This document shows, in pieces, positions 57,001 through 64,000 of a DNA stretch of 64,000 nt (its first letter is position 1; each line of letters starts with the position of its first letter). The stretch spans positions 13,158 through 77,157 of the forward strand of contig DVNI01000040.1 of NCBI GenBank assembly GCA_018714505.1. The letters are read 5' to 3'. Both the position numbers and the translations under genes were made by a program. Under the pieces are notes generated by a model. That model made no database searches and was not told the DNA's origin. It worked only from the letters and a program-made list of their open reading frames with translations. This DNA is from Candidatus Avacidaminococcus intestinavium (GTDB lineage: Bacteria > Bacillota > Negativicutes > Acidaminococcales > Acidaminococcaceae).

Positions 57001-60000
57001 CCTGTATTTGTGGAGAAAATAGACTCTGGCTCTTCTTTGTCGTTGGTAAAGGTATCTCCGATTTTATTTTGGTTACCAATGATACTGCTGTTATGTCCAG
57101 CGATGTCGCCGTTGGCATTACCAACAACATAGGTATTACTGCCATGTAAGTAGTTGGCTGCGGCATTGTCACCAGTCATATTTGTGCCAATTACGCCTGA
57201 ATTGGCACCTCTTACTCTATTTTGACTACCTAAGGCTAGTGCGTTGTTTCCAGCAACGGTAGTGTTGGCACCTATGGAAATAGTATTGCTATTAATTGCA
57301 TTGCTGTTTGTGCCTTGTGCAAAAGCATTAATTCCTGATGCGACGGCATTAGAGCCAATCGCAACTCCACGATCAGCGGTGGCCTTGGCTTTAGTACCGA
57401 AGGCAATCGCATCGTTAGAGCTTAGATCAGCATTTTGCCTTTGTGTAGTAGCTTCATAGCCAAAAGCAATAGAGCGATCGCCAGCACTGCTAGCGGCAGT
57501 ACCAATTGCGATACCAGACTTGTTATAAGCAACGGCTTGTTTAGCTTCTGTGGAGGATTCAGCATTACCAATGACAATGCTGTTATCTCCTTCAGATTTG
57601 GTATTAAGACCAATGGAGATACTTTGCTCGCCAACCGCTTTGGCAGCTGGTCCAATGGCCATAGAATCGCTACCACTTGCACCAGAATTATCACGATTAG
57701 CATCACTATCTGATTTTACGCTGTAGTATTTAATTCTACTATCTTCAATTGCTGTATTCATTTGGCCAAGGTTAACGGCTTGGTCATTTGTAATTGCATT
57801 TTTGACATTACTGATAGTGGCATCGGCATTAATATTGCCACGACCTGCATCAGTATATTTGACTGCATCAGCCAGTGCTACATTGATTTCGCCAGCACTA
57901 ATTTGCCCCATTGCTTCAGCTACAGTATTAAATTCCATGTAGTCAGCTGGATTATGCGGATCACCATCTTTTTTTAGTAACTTGAATTTTGAATAATTGC
58001 CTTCACCTGTAAGGGTAACGCCTCCACCAATGAGATTGGCAAGAGTAGTTTGAGCTGCTTTTAATTGATTAACGTTAACCGCATCGTTGCCTTCAGAACC
58101 ATCAGCAACATGAACAATGCGGCGTTTAATAGTGTCAGAACCCACGGATATAACGCCCGATGATCCTGCACTTTGCTTAGTTAGATAACTAGCCGCAGAA
58201 GAAATACTTTGATCAGCAGTAGAGGCATTGCCTAAGGCAATGCTATTATCTGTTGCTACTGCATTTTGCCCAATAGCAATAGCCGTATCGCCAAGAGATT
58301 GTGCACCGTAGCCTACGGCGACGGAGTTCTTACCGGTAGCTTTAGCTGTATCACCAATTGCCGTAGCACCAGCATGCGCTTTGCTTTCGGCACCAATGGC
58401 AGTACTATGGCTACCAGAACCAGCGGCATTAAAACCAATTGATGTATTTTTGTCACCTTCAATATTGCTACCGGCTAAACTACCAATCGCTACATTGCTA
58501 TCACCGCTAACAGCACCACCTGCTTTGTAGCCAATGGCGATATTTTCGTTGCCAGAATTATTGCTTCCAGATTCGGTACCGATTGCAATACGATCGTGTT
58601 TTAGTTTTTCTGGATCGCCACCGGCGGAATTAGTACCCGCATTTTGACCGAGTGAGATATCGCGAGCACCAGCTGCATAAGAATTAGAGCCTAAAGAGAG
58701 GCTTCCTTCGCCATTAGAATGTGAGTTCAGACCTAATGCGATAGATTGAGCGCCGTTTGCATTAGCTCTTGTTCCTAATGCTAAAGCATTTATTTCAGCG
58801 TTACTACCTAGACCGGTAGCGATACCATTTTCTTGAGCCACGCTATCTGTTCCGATGGCGATACTGTTTTTATATTTAGCATCGGCATCTTTGCCTAGGG
58901 CAATAGCGCCTTCATCAAGAGCCTCAGCATTTTCACCAATGGCAAGAGCGCTTTCTTCTTGGGCTTTAGCGCCATTACCAATTGCTACGGTATTATCACC
59001 GTTAGTTGTGCTATTAACGCCTAGTGCAAGTGCACCGCTACCCGTGGCAGCGGTTTCTTTACCTAGAGCAATAGCATTATCGCCAGTGCTTTTTGCTAGT
59101 TTGCCAATTGCAATGGCATCTTGTCCACTAGCTAGTGCATCGTCTTCTTCGCCTGAAGAATTAGCTTTGAAATATTTTAGTGCGGTACCGGAGCTTTGCA
59201 CATCAGTAATTGCTTTTTCCATTTGCGCTTTGTTAACGGCATCCGTAGCAGCCGTACCCTCTGCAACACCAGTAATTCGCTTGCCGCCGTTATTTAAACC
59301 GCTAGCGGATAAAGAAATGGCACTGGCACCGGTGCCGATTGTAAGGCCACTATTATTAACGGTAGTATTACCAGTTTTAACACTGGTAAAGGACGGAGTT
59401 GCTGATAGCGCAAGATCAATTGTGCCGTCTGTATTCGTCAATGTAAGGTTAGTGCCAGCTGTAAACTTAAGCGTATCACCAGGAGCTATTTGCGTGGCAG
59501 GTGTTGCGCCAACTTGCACATTAAATCCTTGCTGAGCGGTTTGCTGTACTTCATATAATTGATCGCCATTTACGGCATCAGTGGAACCACTAGTTACATC
59601 GCCCGCTAATACACCGCTAATTTTTTGGTTATTAGCATTTAAACCAGTTGTTGAAAGATAAGTTTTGTCGCCAACGCTAATAGAACCAGCGTCACCTAGA
59701 TTAAAGATACCTTCATTAAAAGTAAGCTGCTTGCTAGCGGCAGTGCCGATGGTAATACTGCCAGATGTGATACTTTCAGCTTGCACGGAAGTAAATTCGG
59801 GTGTTAGTGAGGTGCTGATCTTTTGGTCAAGTTCTGTTGCACCAGCTTCAATCGTAATATTGGTGCCGGCTTCGAGTGCTGCGAAGGCTGGCGTAATGGG
59901 CGCAAAAGTGATGAGAGAACTCAAAAGCGCGATTTGGATTGCGCACAAGCCCGTAAGGCTTTGACGAGCCTTTCTTGTAGCACTAGGCGTTGATGCTTTA

Positions 60001-60080
60001 GTGTTACCGTTGGCAAGCTCGGAAACAACCATATAACAACTACGAGCTTTACTCCAGATAACTTTAAAAATTTTATTCAT
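54012..60080 (-). CDS. trimeric autotransporter adhesin (type Vc) with a C-terminal periplasmic coiled-coil and SLH domain
   Basis: 2,022 aa. ESPR-type extended signal peptide MNKIFKVIWSKARSCYMVVSELA. Long tracts of YadA-head-like GxxSxAxG repeats. Recurrent neck motifs (GLNNGGNKITGVAEGT..TDAVN..QL). YadA-type anchor (AGAAALAALHPL...NMGVSFAL). A coiled coil and an SLH motif follow (FPDVAENHWAYEYVSGLAKQGVIEGYPDGNFGGDRMMTRYEFATMLYRAM, about nt 54187-54339). Confidence 0.88.
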   Translation of the reverse strand: MNKIFKVIWSKARSCYMVVSELANGNTKASTPSATRKARQSLTGLCAIQIALLSSLITFAPITPAFAALEAGTNITIEAGATELDQKISTSLTPEFTSVQAESITSGSITIGTAASKQLTFNEGIFNLGDAGSISVGDKTYLSTTGLNANNQKISGVLAGDVTSGSTDAVNGDQLYEVQQTAQQGFNVQVGATPATQIAPGDTLKFTAGTNLTLTNTDGTIDLALSATPSFTSVKTGNTTVNNSGLTIGTGASAISLSASGLNNGGKRITGVAEGTAATDAVNKAQMEKAITDVQSSGTALKYFKANSSGEEDDALASGQDAIAIGKLAKSTGDNAIALGKETAATGSGALALGVNSTTNGDNTVAIGNGAKAQEESALAIGENAEALDEGAIALGKDADAKYKNSIAIGTDSVAQENGIATGLGSNAEINALALGTRANANGAQSIALGLNSHSNGEGSLSLGSNSYAAGARDISLGQNAGTNSAGGDPEKLKHDRIAIGTESGSNNSGNENIAIGYKAGGAVSGDSNVAIGSLAGSNIEGDKNTSIGFNAAGSGSHSTAIGAESKAHAGATAIGDTAKATGKNSVAVGYGAQSLGDTAIAIGQNAVATDNSIALGNASTADQSISSAASYLTKQSAGSSGVISVGSDTIKRRIVHVADGSEGNDAVNVNQLKAAQTTLANLIGGGVTLTGEGNYSKFKLLKKDGDPHNPADYMEFNTVAEAMGQISAGEINVALADAVKYTDAGRGNINADATISNVKNAITNDQAVNLGQMNTAIEDSRIKYYSVKSDSDANRDNSGASGSDSMAIGPAAKAVGEQSISIGLNTKSEGDNSIVIGNAESSTEAKQAVAYNKSGIAIGTAASSAGDRSIAFGYEATTQRQNADLSSNDAIAFGTKAKATADRGVAIGSNAVASGINAFAQGTNSNAINSNTISIGANTTVAGNNALALGSQNRVRGANSGVIGTNMTGDNAAANYLHGSNTYVVGNANGDIAGHNSSIIGNQNKIGDTFTNDKEEPESIFSTNTGVLGNNNSVTSHSSSVIGYGNTLGQKPPVGSNDYDFVENSGVFGNDNQVLGNNNRVLGNNNKDHNQDKVFILGNNVGNTSDILANSVYLGDNTTYEKQGASTQGNKAYDKLTDNKKTYTFAGGTVPAGVVSIGSVGAERRIQNVSAGLVTASSTDAINGSQLYALTRPLGFKGDQGEAIKRGSDQTLDIIGGATAPLTNNNIGVINDKDKLAVKLAENITDLSSIKFKNSTIELTVNGLNNGGNKITGVAEGTVDTDAVNLKQLKVVEQKANAKTTLSDGKNTNVTSSTNNDGTLDYKVNLNDKITLGTGDNQVTINGEEGKITAGNTVSLNGVTGTATIGNVSINGGGTGATVNGLTNKTWDPTKIVSGQAATEDQLQKVSQTLDGGLTFAGNKGTVNKKLGTTVNIVGGILDDSKETSTKNVKTVVNEKGDLEISLAEEVEFKKVTTGGVYINGSSVSLTDAGLNNGGNKITNVGTGTADTDAVNVGQMKDYVNNETTKTKTTVSEGNGIKVEKSGPEAGPNDYKVSLQDSITLGEGNNAVQLDGKNGKIQVGGADGISIDGKDGHIDGLKNTTWDPETTGKTTPDRAATEGQLQGLYQDVNTKIENVNNKVEELDATSITGGKIGADGKITLKKKDSKPDITLEGTLHDYALDDNNGIGYAANDNGDVTMKVVDKYNESNSYDVKIKDVASKKKLDDLTSTVGVSTKEEMKERYKETNFIKDAKDMADADVILDREIKTNRDVLEQHGDQINNITNNVNKLGSRVDKVGAGAAALAALHPLEFDPDTKLSFAAGVGNYKGETAGAIGAFYRPDEKVMLNLGGTIGNGENMVNMGVSFALDRTSHVNNSKVAMAKELVDLRKQVADLTMLVMQNNTKGYDNLDLNRLFPDVAENHWAYEYVSGLAKQGVIEGYPDGNFGGDRMMTRYEFATMLYRAMQRGVNIESRLINEFEAELGRIRVDRISGEDNDRRKVERVRVNGGESRDKYGSEITAK

Positions 60081-60115
60081 AGTTAGAATTCACCTCTCTG
60101 TATGTAATATGTGTG

Positions 60116-60544
60116 TTATTTATTTTCTTCAATGGTTACTGGGGAAAGGGCAAAATCCGTCATCTTGGCATCTTTATCAAAGATAAAGACTAAACGGACA
60201 ACGTTTTCTTTGCTAAAGCTACCGAGATAAGTAGCGCGATCGCCTTGATCAAAACGTTCAAAGTGAATTAATTTTATTTCGTCAGCACGACCAAACCGTT
60301 CACGCACTTGATCTTGCAAGAGCGCTAGTCCATCAGCTGTCACTGATTCTTTGAGCTGGGGGCTAAACCCTTTCGCTATTTCGCTATAACTAACGGTACT
60401 TTGTTTCTTGTCCAGCGAGTTAATAAGCAGATCAATAGTTTTTTCTTCTCTGTTTAAAACATTACCATTGACCCCGGCTAAACAAATGTTAGTGGTGGAA
60501 ACCATCATCACTAAAGCAAGCATTAAAAAAAGTTTTTTCATCAT
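60116..60544 (-). CDS. small secreted/periplasmic protein of unknown function, encoded 35 nt upstream of the autotransporter
   Basis: 142 aa. Signal peptide MMKKLFLMLALVMMVSTTNICLAG. GGGGGTG RBS. Same strand as the adhesin gene and probably co-transcribed with it. Confidence 0.65.
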   Translation of the reverse strand: MMKKLFLMLALVMMVSTTNICLAGVNGNVLNREEKTIDLLINSLDKKQSTVSYSEIAKGFSPQLKESVTADGLALLQDQVRERFGRADEIKLIHFERFDQGDRATYLGSFSKENVVRLVFIFDKDAKMTDFALSPVTIEENK

Positions 60545-60958
60545 AACACCCCCTTTTATACTTTTTTATATAGTTGATTAGCACTAATCACGCAAAATAC
60601 CTTATTAGTGCTAAGGACTTTCTCTGTAATGTAAAAAAAGACATTTAATAGCACAAGATTTTCTGTATAACTTCTTGCGGTATCAAATGTTTTAGTAATT
60701 GAGCCGTAAAAAAGTATTCTTTTCGTTGGAGCTAATAAAAGGTAAAATCTTTAATATGAAATACCGAACAAATAATAAATAGTAGTTATTGTTTGATTAA
60801 TAAGCTCTTCAGCACTTGATTACTACTTAATTTATAACATAGCCCTGTTTTTTTTTAAATTAGACAATGTGTAAGAAAAAACCACTACTTATTCATACAA
60901 ATTGTGAATTAAAGAAAAGTTCTTAAACGGTTACAATAAAAGTAGGAGGATGTAGACT

Positions 60959-63349
60959 ATGGATAAGCATGAAGTGATGACAAATACAAAAAATAGCTTA
61001 AAGTATCCGGTCAAATATAATAGTGATTTTATTCCAATTTTTTCGCGACAAGAGCATGGGATTTTAACGTGGCGGATTGATTTGGAAAAATTCATAGTTA
61101 CCGGTGTAGATCTTCATGTGGAAACCATATTAGGCTATACCTCTGATGAACTTATTGGGATGAAACTAAATAGAATTTTAACGAAAGCATCTCGTGATTT
61201 AGTAAATGAATATTTACCTTGTTGGTTAGATCGATTAAAAAAAGATCCCGACAAAGGTTTCTTTGTTTCGGGATTTCTTGAATATTTATGCAAAAATGGT
61301 GATTCTATTTGGTTAGAAGTTACAGCGTATTTAGCGTTAAATGATCACGAGTGTTTTGAAGTCAATTGTATTAGTCGCAAAGTTAAAAGGCGCTTAGGTG
61401 CGACTAGCTTTTTTCTTAATGATAAATTTGAAGAGCATTATTTATTAAAGACAATCTGGAATCAAGTGCCGGGTATTTTGACTTGTCTTGATCGTGATGG
61501 TAAATATATTTTAGTTAATGATAATTTTACGCAAGTTATGGCTAAATCACGCGAAGAGATTATAGGCAGCAGTTTCATACAGCTTTTACCCAAAAAACTA
61601 TTGAAGAAACACCAAGGCTACTTTAAAGAATGTTTAAAAGGCAAAACCGTGAGTTTTATTGATCGGTTAGAGAATATGGAGGGAGAGCCGCGTTGGTTCT
61701 ATGGTTTATATACCCCAATTTGTCTACACGAAGCTTTTGCAGAAAAAATAATTATTTTAGCAACTGAGCTGACCAAAGGGTATAAGTTAACTAAGCAATT
61801 AATGGCAGCTGAGAAAGTCTTTAATATAGGAAGCTGGCAGTATGAGTTTCCTACGAAGAAGTTTTTCTGTTCAGAAGAATTATTGGAATTATTTGAATTA
61901 ATGGAAGATGATGTTAAAAAGGATTCATTTCACGCGCTTTTAAAGTATTTGGACGAAGAAGAAGTTCTTAAAGTGAAGGAACGTTTGATTAAGCCATTGT
62001 TAAAAGAGCAGCAATGTGAAGCAAGTATTACAGTGACCTTGCCGAGTGGTAGAAGGCGCGTTTTAAAAATCACATTATTATTAGTAAAGAATGCGTGTGG
62101 GGAACCACAAAAAATATTTGGTTGCGTTGAAGATGTTAGTAGCGAGACTCGTTTACTAAATGAATGCTCGGAAAGCGAACTGCGAGTACGGGAGTTTCTG
62201 CATGCTGTGCCGGGCGCAGGTGTTTTATTATCAGTAACTGGTATTGTCATCGAGGTTTTTGACTACAATGAATGTTTAACTGATTTAGATGCGCACAAAT
62301 GGCAAGGACAGTCTTTTTTCACTTTTTATCCCTTAGCAGAAGCACAAAAATTACTTGCTAAAGTAACCTATGCGGTTAAAGAGAACGTCTTACAGTTTTA
62401 TGATTTACATTTAAATTTGGATGGTAATGAATATTTTTTTCATATGCGCATTGTACCATTACATTACAAGTGGAAAAGTCGTGCAACCGTAGCTTGCTAT
62501 ATCACGCGGCAAGATGGTATGAAGGAAGTTTTAAATCCAATTCATGAAAAAAAGTGGCGAAGATATCTTCTAAATCAGTTGATTGAAAATAAAATAGAAC
62601 TATCGGAAGCCACCCTTGATCAGCTATGGAGTGTTGGCTTAGATTTAACGCGTAATTTTTCTTGTTATGTTGTGACATTTACTCCGCAAGATGCTGCGGA
62701 TGGGGTGCTTGTAATTAAAGATCAGACAGAGGACGTGCTTAAACGGCAAGAAAATTTAGAAAATAGCATTGTCTGGCAAACTAAAGAGGGGATTGCTATT
62801 TTGCAGCCGGTCGTTAAAACTGATAAGCCTTATAAAAATAAGGAACAGTTACAGGCGTTAACTTGGCAAAAAAACTTGGAAAAACAATTAAAAGGGTTTA
62901 AATTTTCTATTGGGATTGCTGAATACAAAGATAATACTTTTTGTCATTTGCCTAAAATGTATGAGCAAGCATTGACTGCGGTAAAGTTGGGTGATAAGTT
63001 GTTTCAAGATCGAAGTGTTTTTCATTATTTAGATATTGGTGTTTTTCAGTTTTTTAATGAGGTGGCGGATAATAATAGTATTAAAGATTTTATTAAGCGC
63101 AATATAGGGCAATTAATTTTATACGATCAAAATCATAATACAGATTTTTTACAAACACTAAGAGTTTTGGTGCGAAATGGTAATGTGAGTGAAGCAGCTA
63201 AGGAATTATTTGTGCATCGACAGACTGTTATTTTTAGAAAGAAGAGGATTGAAAGCATTTTAGAAACGTCTTTAGATGATTTTGAAAGTCGGTTGGCTAT
63301 TGTAATGGCCTTAAAGTTTAGGCAAGCGATGGAAACTAGTGTTTTTTAA
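60959..63349 (+). CDS. multi-PAS sensor fused to a PucR/CdaR-type HTH transcriptional regulator (paralog 2)
   Basis: 796 aa. Same architecture as 32375-34771 and collinear with it. Shared blocks include VFQFF, FIKR(T/N)IG, LFVHRQTV(L/I)FRKKRIE, SLDDFE and MALKF. AGGAGG RBS. Confidence 0.8.
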   Translation: MDKHEVMTNTKNSLKYPVKYNSDFIPIFSRQEHGILTWRIDLEKFIVTGVDLHVETILGYTSDELIGMKLNRILTKASRDLVNEYLPCWLDRLKKDPDKGFFVSGFLEYLCKNGDSIWLEVTAYLALNDHECFEVNCISRKVKRRLGATSFFLNDKFEEHYLLKTIWNQVPGILTCLDRDGKYILVNDNFTQVMAKSREEIIGSSFIQLLPKKLLKKHQGYFKECLKGKTVSFIDRLENMEGEPRWFYGLYTPICLHEAFAEKIIILATELTKGYKLTKQLMAAEKVFNIGSWQYEFPTKKFFCSEELLELFELMEDDVKKDSFHALLKYLDEEEVLKVKERLIKPLLKEQQCEASITVTLPSGRRRVLKITLLLVKNACGEPQKIFGCVEDVSSETRLLNECSESELRVREFLHAVPGAGVLLSVTGIVIEVFDYNECLTDLDAHKWQGQSFFTFYPLAEAQKLLAKVTYAVKENVLQFYDLHLNLDGNEYFFHMRIVPLHYKWKSRATVACYITRQDGMKEVLNPIHEKKWRRYLLNQLIENKIELSEATLDQLWSVGLDLTRNFSCYVVTFTPQDAADGVLVIKDQTEDVLKRQENLENSIVWQTKEGIAILQPVVKTDKPYKNKEQLQALTWQKNLEKQLKGFKFSIGIAEYKDNTFCHLPKMYEQALTAVKLGDKLFQDRSVFHYLDIGVFQFFNEVADNNSIKDFIKRNIGQLILYDQNHNTDFLQTLRVLVRNGNVSEAAKELFVHRQTVIFRKKRIESILETSLDDFESRLAIVMALKFRQAMETSVF

Positions 63350-63360
63350 GAAAATAAAAT

Positions 63361-63398
63361 AACCGCACCTAAACTTCTTAAGAAGTTTAGGTGCGGTT
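63361..63398. terminator. bidirectional terminator between convergent genes
   Basis: 38-nt perfect palindrome AACCGCACCTAAACTTCTT|AAGAAGTTTAGGTGCGGTT with A/T-rich flanks on both sides. Confidence 0.8.
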
Positions 63399-63411
63399 AC
63401 TTTATTGATTT

Positions 63412-64000
63412 TTATAGATGAAATTCAGTGTGACTACCACGTGTGCCGGGGATGACCTCTAGTCGAGTGGGAATGCGTTCACGTAATTCCGTAACGTGAG
63501 AAATAATTCCGACTAAGCGACCGCCTTTTTGTAAATCGGTTAAAGTACGAATTGCCATATCGAGTGCTTCTGAATCTAGGCTACCAAAACCTTCATCAAC
63601 TAAGATGGTATCAAGGCGAATACCGCCGGCATAGGATTGTAAAACATCGGCTAAGCCTAGAGCTAGCGAAAGGGCAGCAAGGAAAATTTCACCACCAGAC
63701 AGCGTATTGACCGGTCTGGCAAGTCCAGTAAAACTATCCATTACTTCGAGGTTAAGACCGCTTTCTTTGCGAGCATCAGTCACTTCTGCTAATCGTGATA
63801 AAGCATAACGACCACGGCTCATTTGGTTGAGCCTTAGGTTAGCAGATTGTAAAACATCATCTAAGATAGCTTGTAAAACAAAGGCTGAAAAAGAGAGTTT
63901 ATGACTGTTATTGCCAGTAGCGGCTTGAGCTAAAGTAGCAGCTGTTGCATAGACTGTTTCTAAGGTTTGCAGTTGTTGCTCTGCTATCGTTAGTTTATCG
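63412..64000 (-). CDS. sbcC: SbcC/Rad50-family exonuclease ATPase subunit, C-terminal part (the 5' end is beyond the window)
   Basis: ABC-type signature LSGGEIFLAALSLALGLADV, Walker B ILVDEGFGSLD, H-loop GIISHV. My manual translation shows the minus-strand frame stays open from 63822 to the window end (..LSFSAFVLQAILDDVLQSANLRLNQMSRGRY..). Confidence 0.85.
   Translation of the reverse strand, partial: DKLTIAEQQLQTLETVYATAATLAQAATGNNSHKLSFSAFVLQAILDDVLQSANLRLNQMSRGRYALSRLAEVTDARKESGLNLEVMDSFTGLARPVNTLSGGEIFLAALSLALGLADVLQSYAGGIRLDTILVDEGFGSLDSEALDMAIRTLTDLQKGGRLVGIISHVTELRERIPTRLEVIPGTRGSHTEFHL

Noticed and set aside
54016-59964. Plus-strand ORFs across the autotransporter locus (for example 58855-59535, 226 aa; 54657-55040; 55543-55857; 59665-59964).
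   Set aside because: These are antisense artefacts of a long, compositionally biased Ala/Gly/Thr/Asn-rich gene. Their translations are low-complexity, with no start context.

Overview
The window looks like chromosomal DNA from a low-GC (about 40% by eye) diderm Firmicute (class Negativicutes). Firmicute-style features (strong AGGAGG ribosome-binding sites, an ECF S-component, LarE, TcdA, fused MsrAB) sit alongside outer-membrane machinery: a TolC-like protein, a type I secretion system (T1SS) and a type Vc trimeric autotransporter ending in an SLH domain. From 1 to about 32 kb the content is ordinary core metabolism and transport: panBCD, ftsH, a DAACS symporter, a ThiD/PdxK-type kinase, an M20 amidohydrolase with a yjiH/yjiG-like pair, a MocR/Fe-ADH/ECF-S cluster, a Dcu transporter, azlCD, pirin, TetR plus an SMR exporter, a LeuCD-like dehydratase with an Fe3+-type ABC importer, msrAB and a UDG-superfamily gene. 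From about 32 to 63 kb the content looks accessory. (1) A multi-PAS/PucR-HTH regulator precedes a tolC-hlyB-hlyD operon and a 1,624-aa BapA-like adhesin with nine tandem ~96-aa Ig-like repeats. (2) A Crp/Fnr regulator precedes an unusual permease-less operon (DUF1858-like plus binding-protein-like protein, a G3E-like GTPase, and a DUF1858-like plus ABC ATPase protein), whose promoter carries a perfect GGTAACAATTGTTACC palindrome. (3) Two tRNA clusters (Lys-Glu and Val-Asp-Phe) bracket a GAF plus degenerate HD-GYP-like protein. (4) A 2,022-aa trimeric autotransporter adhesin with a post-anchor SLH domain has a small secreted protein upstream and a second, paralogous PAS/PucR regulator transcribed divergently. 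The window ends inside sbcC. I saw no CRISPR array, transposase, integrase or rRNA. All calls rest on reading the supplied translations and DNA by eye, with no database search.
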